Positions 35,026-37,237 of a DNA stretch of 37,237 nt are shown in pieces. How positions within the stretch are numbered: the first letter of the stretch is position 1; each line of letters starts with the position of its first letter. Position numbers and translations under genes: made by a program. The stretch is taken from positions 1 to 37,237 of the forward strand of contig CAMOIZ010000001.1 in NCBI GenBank assembly GCA_946616385.1. Reading direction: 5' to 3'. Under the pieces are notes generated by a model. The model saw only the letters and a program-made list of their open reading frames with translations. It was not told the DNA's origin and did not search any database. The stretch comes from an uncultured Bacteroidales bacterium (GTDB taxonomy: Bacteria; Bacteroidota; Bacteroidia; Bacteroidales; UBA932).

Positions 35026-36156
35026 ATGCGATTGAATTTAAAGAAACTATTTGTCCTTGCCGCCATCTTCACAATATGCGGCTGCGTCACATCCTCGCTC
35101 GTTTCGTGCTCGAAAGGCGACGATGAGCACATCGTCCATTCCACACCCCTGCGCTCGATCATCACAGGCATGGACTATGGCGACGGAGTATTTGTCGTGG
35201 GGCACAAAAGCCCCGACTGTGATGCCGTCTGCTCGGCCATCACCTACGCCGACCTGCTGCAGCGTCTGGGGATCAACGCCCAGGCCCGGGTGGCGGGCAA
35301 GCTCATCTGCGAACCTCTCTATGTCATTCAGGAAGCAGGTATCAGCGCTCCTCCGATCCTGGAAGATGCCACTGGCCTGAACATGATCATGACCGACCAC
35401 AGCGAGTATGCGCAGGCGGTGAATGGCATGGCACAGGCCCGAGTCCTGCATGTCATCGACCACCATGGCACCGGCACAGTAACCACGGCGCATCCGCTGT
35501 TCTACTATGCCCTTCCTATCGGCTCCACCTGCACGATAATCGCTTCGATGTATGAAGAACTGGGCGAGAATCCCACGCCTACCCAGGCGCGGCTGATGCT
35601 CTCCGGCCTGCTTTCCGACACCGACAACCTTAAATCGACCACCACTACCGACACGGACCGCAAGTATTACTCCTGGCTGCTCGACCGCTCGGACATCACC
35701 GACGTTGAATCGTATTATGCCGCCATGAACAAGGCCCGGACCTCCTTCGACGGCATGACCGATGAAGATATCCTGCTCTCCGACTACAAGGAGTACGAGA
35801 TTGAGGGCGTGAAACTCGGCATCGGAAGTGTGCTCGCTAGCGAGAAACTGGGGGTTGAAGAGCTTTGCCGCCGGATGCGAGGGGTAATGCCCGCAGTCCG
35901 GGAGCAGCGTGGCCTCGACATGCTGTTCATGATGCTTGGAGACCGCGACGCGGGCCTCACCCACGTGCCCTTCTGCGGTGAAGGAGCAAAGATTGTTGCG
36001 GAGTACGCCTTCAAGAGTGCGGCCACGGAAGACGGCTGCATCGTCACGAGCTATATCCCCAGCCGGAAGGCCAATTTCGTCCCCGCCATAACGGAAGGGA
36101 TTGCTTATTGGAAGAATAAACCTGATGAGACTATGAAAATACACTTCCAGCCTTAA
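35026..36156 (+). CDS. DHH/DHHA2 family II (Mn-dependent) inorganic pyrophosphatase-like protein with lipoprotein signal
   Basis: GHKSPDCDA, TDHSE, IDHH, PIGSTCT, LLSDT, DYKEY, SRK; N-terminal hydrophobic segment ending LVSC. Confidence 0.85.
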   Translation: MRLNLKKLFVLAAIFTICGCVTSSLVSCSKGDDEHIVHSTPLRSIITGMDYGDGVFVVGHKSPDCDAVCSAITYADLLQRLGINAQARVAGKLICEPLYVIQEAGISAPPILEDATGLNMIMTDHSEYAQAVNGMAQARVLHVIDHHGTGTVTTAHPLFYYALPIGSTCTIIASMYEELGENPTPTQARLMLSGLLSDTDNLKSTTTTDTDRKYYSWLLDRSDITDVESYYAAMNKARTSFDGMTDEDILLSDYKEYEIEGVKLGIGSVLASEKLGVEELCRRMRGVMPAVREQRGLDMLFMMLGDRDAGLTHVPFCGEGAKIVAEYAFKSAATEDGCIVTSYIPSRKANFVPAITEGIAYWKNKPDETMKIHFQP

Positions 36157-37237
36157 TGCACCGCATCATCTTCCATATAGATGTGAACTCCGCGTTCCTC
36201 AGTTGGTCTGCGGTGAAGATGGTGCGCGAGGGGATGCCGGACATACGGCTGGTGCCTTCGGTGGTGTCCGGCGATCCTTCCGACCGCAGGAGCATCATCA
36301 CGGCCGCATCCATCCCTGCCAAGAAGCTGGGTATCAAGACGGCGCAGCCGGTGTCGATGGCGCTGCGCACATGCCCGTCGCTGGTGATTGTGAGAGGGGA
36401 CTGGGCCTGGTACAAAACCTGCTCGCAGGGCTTCATTTCCATCTGCCGGAGCTACTCCCCGGTGCTGCAACAGTTCTCCATCGACGAGTGCTTCATCGAC
36501 ATGACCTTCCGCTGCAAAGCGGGAAACGCCGTGGAAGTGGCCACCCGGCTCAAGGAAGAGGTAAAATCCAAGCTGGGATTCACAGTGAACGTGGGTATAG
36601 GTTCCAATAAGCTGCTGGCGAAGATGGCTTCCGACTTCGAGAAACCGGACAAAGTGCATACCCTCTGGGATAGCGAGGTGCAGGAAAAGATGTGGCCTCT
36701 GGGAGTGCGGGACCTTCTTTGGGTGGGGAAGAAGACCGAAGAACGCCTCACCGCGAACGGAATACATACCATAGGCCAGCTGGCACAACTCGGCATGGGC
36801 TCACTCACGCAATTGGTGGGGCAGAAGTTCGCCATGCAGCTGCACGAAAATGCCAACGGGCGGGACGACACCCCGGTGGAAACGGAGGTGCCCGAGGCCA
36901 AGAGTTACAGCGCCGAGCGCACCTTCTCCAAGGATCTGACGGATCCAAAGGACATCGACCGGGCGCTGTTCAATGTGGCCTGCATAGTCGCACACAGGAT
37001 CAGGCGCGACAAATTCCGGGCGTCGACGGTGTCGATGTTCATTAAATACAAGGACTTCTCGGTGGTGCAGAAGCAGTGCCGGACCGACCAGCCTACAGAC
37101 GTGACGGCCGTCATCCTGAACGAAGCCAGAAGGCTGCTCGCGGAGGTTTGGGACGGGCGGACTCCCATTCGGCAGGTGGGGCTTGGCGTGAGCAAACTCA
37201 CGCATGAATCGGCCATACAGATGTCCCTGTTCGAGGA
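36156..37237 (+). CDS. dinB: DNA polymerase IV (Y family); runs off window end
   Basis: Manual translation from ATG 36156 gives MHRIIFHIDVNSAFLSW...SIITAAS.PAK..GIKT...QFSIDECFIDMT...NKLLAKMASDFEKP...LLWVGKK, ending in clamp-binding-like QMSLF. Absent from the ORF track because there is no stop in the window. Confidence 0.95.
   Translation, partial: MHRIIFHIDVNSAFLSWSAVKMVREGMPDIRLVPSVVSGDPSDRRSIITAASIPAKKLGIKTAQPVSMALRTCPSLVIVRGDWAWYKTCSQGFISICRSYSPVLQQFSIDECFIDMTFRCKAGNAVEVATRLKEEVKSKLGFTVNVGIGSNKLLAKMASDFEKPDKVHTLWDSEVQEKMWPLGVRDLLWVGKKTEERLTANGIHTIGQLAQLGMGSLTQLVGQKFAMQLHENANGRDDTPVETEVPEAKSYSAERTFSKDLTDPKDIDRALFNVACIVAHRIRRDKFRASTVSMFIKYKDFSVVQKQCRTDQPTDVTAVILNEARRLLAEVWDGRTPIRQVGLGVSKLTHESAIQMSLFE

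Noticed and set aside
36153-37216. Minus-strand and alternate-frame ORFs at the right end
   Set aside because: All overlap the unlisted + strand dinB frame starting at 36156.
1-37237. CRISPR arrays, tRNA/rRNA genes, IS transposases
   Set aside because: No regularly spaced direct repeats, cloverleaf-like sequences or transposase motifs seen by eye; nearly all of the window is accounted for by protein genes.

Overview
Gene-dense chromosomal window from a Bacteroidales bacterium, inferred from Bacteroidetes TAnnTTTG promoter elements, no obvious Shine-Dalgarno motifs, lipoprotein-rich content and GH92/CE8/GH13 enzymes. It holds about 35 genes, mostly housekeeping or envelope functions (trmH-like, tamA/bamA-like, rarA, rlmD, cls, pssA, pepC, mntP, rlmI, dinB). 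Two genes truncated at the window edges are missing from the ORF track: a GH13 alpha-amylase-family gene at the left end and dinB at the right end. I saw no rRNA, tRNA, CRISPR, transposase or phage genes. The most interesting feature is a tightly coupled minus-strand module at 20705-26299. It encodes a stand-alone RelA/SpoT-type alarmone synthetase, a cytidylate-kinase-like P-loop protein, a Mesh1-like HD alarmone hydrolase, an APH/choline-kinase-fold phosphotransferase, a membrane dCache-PP2C phosphatase-RsbW kinase fusion and a STAS protein, with no sigma factor nearby. This looks like a self-contained nucleotide-messenger and partner-switching signalling system. Other notable observations: a 123-bp palindromic MITE/REP-like element in frame inside a polyferredoxin gene, a catalytically degenerate glutamate-racemase homolog, a cysteate-synthase-like gene, apparently exported family II pyrophosphatase and flavin reductase, very compact bidirectional promoters placed almost on the start codons, and a structured ~290-bp intergenic region.
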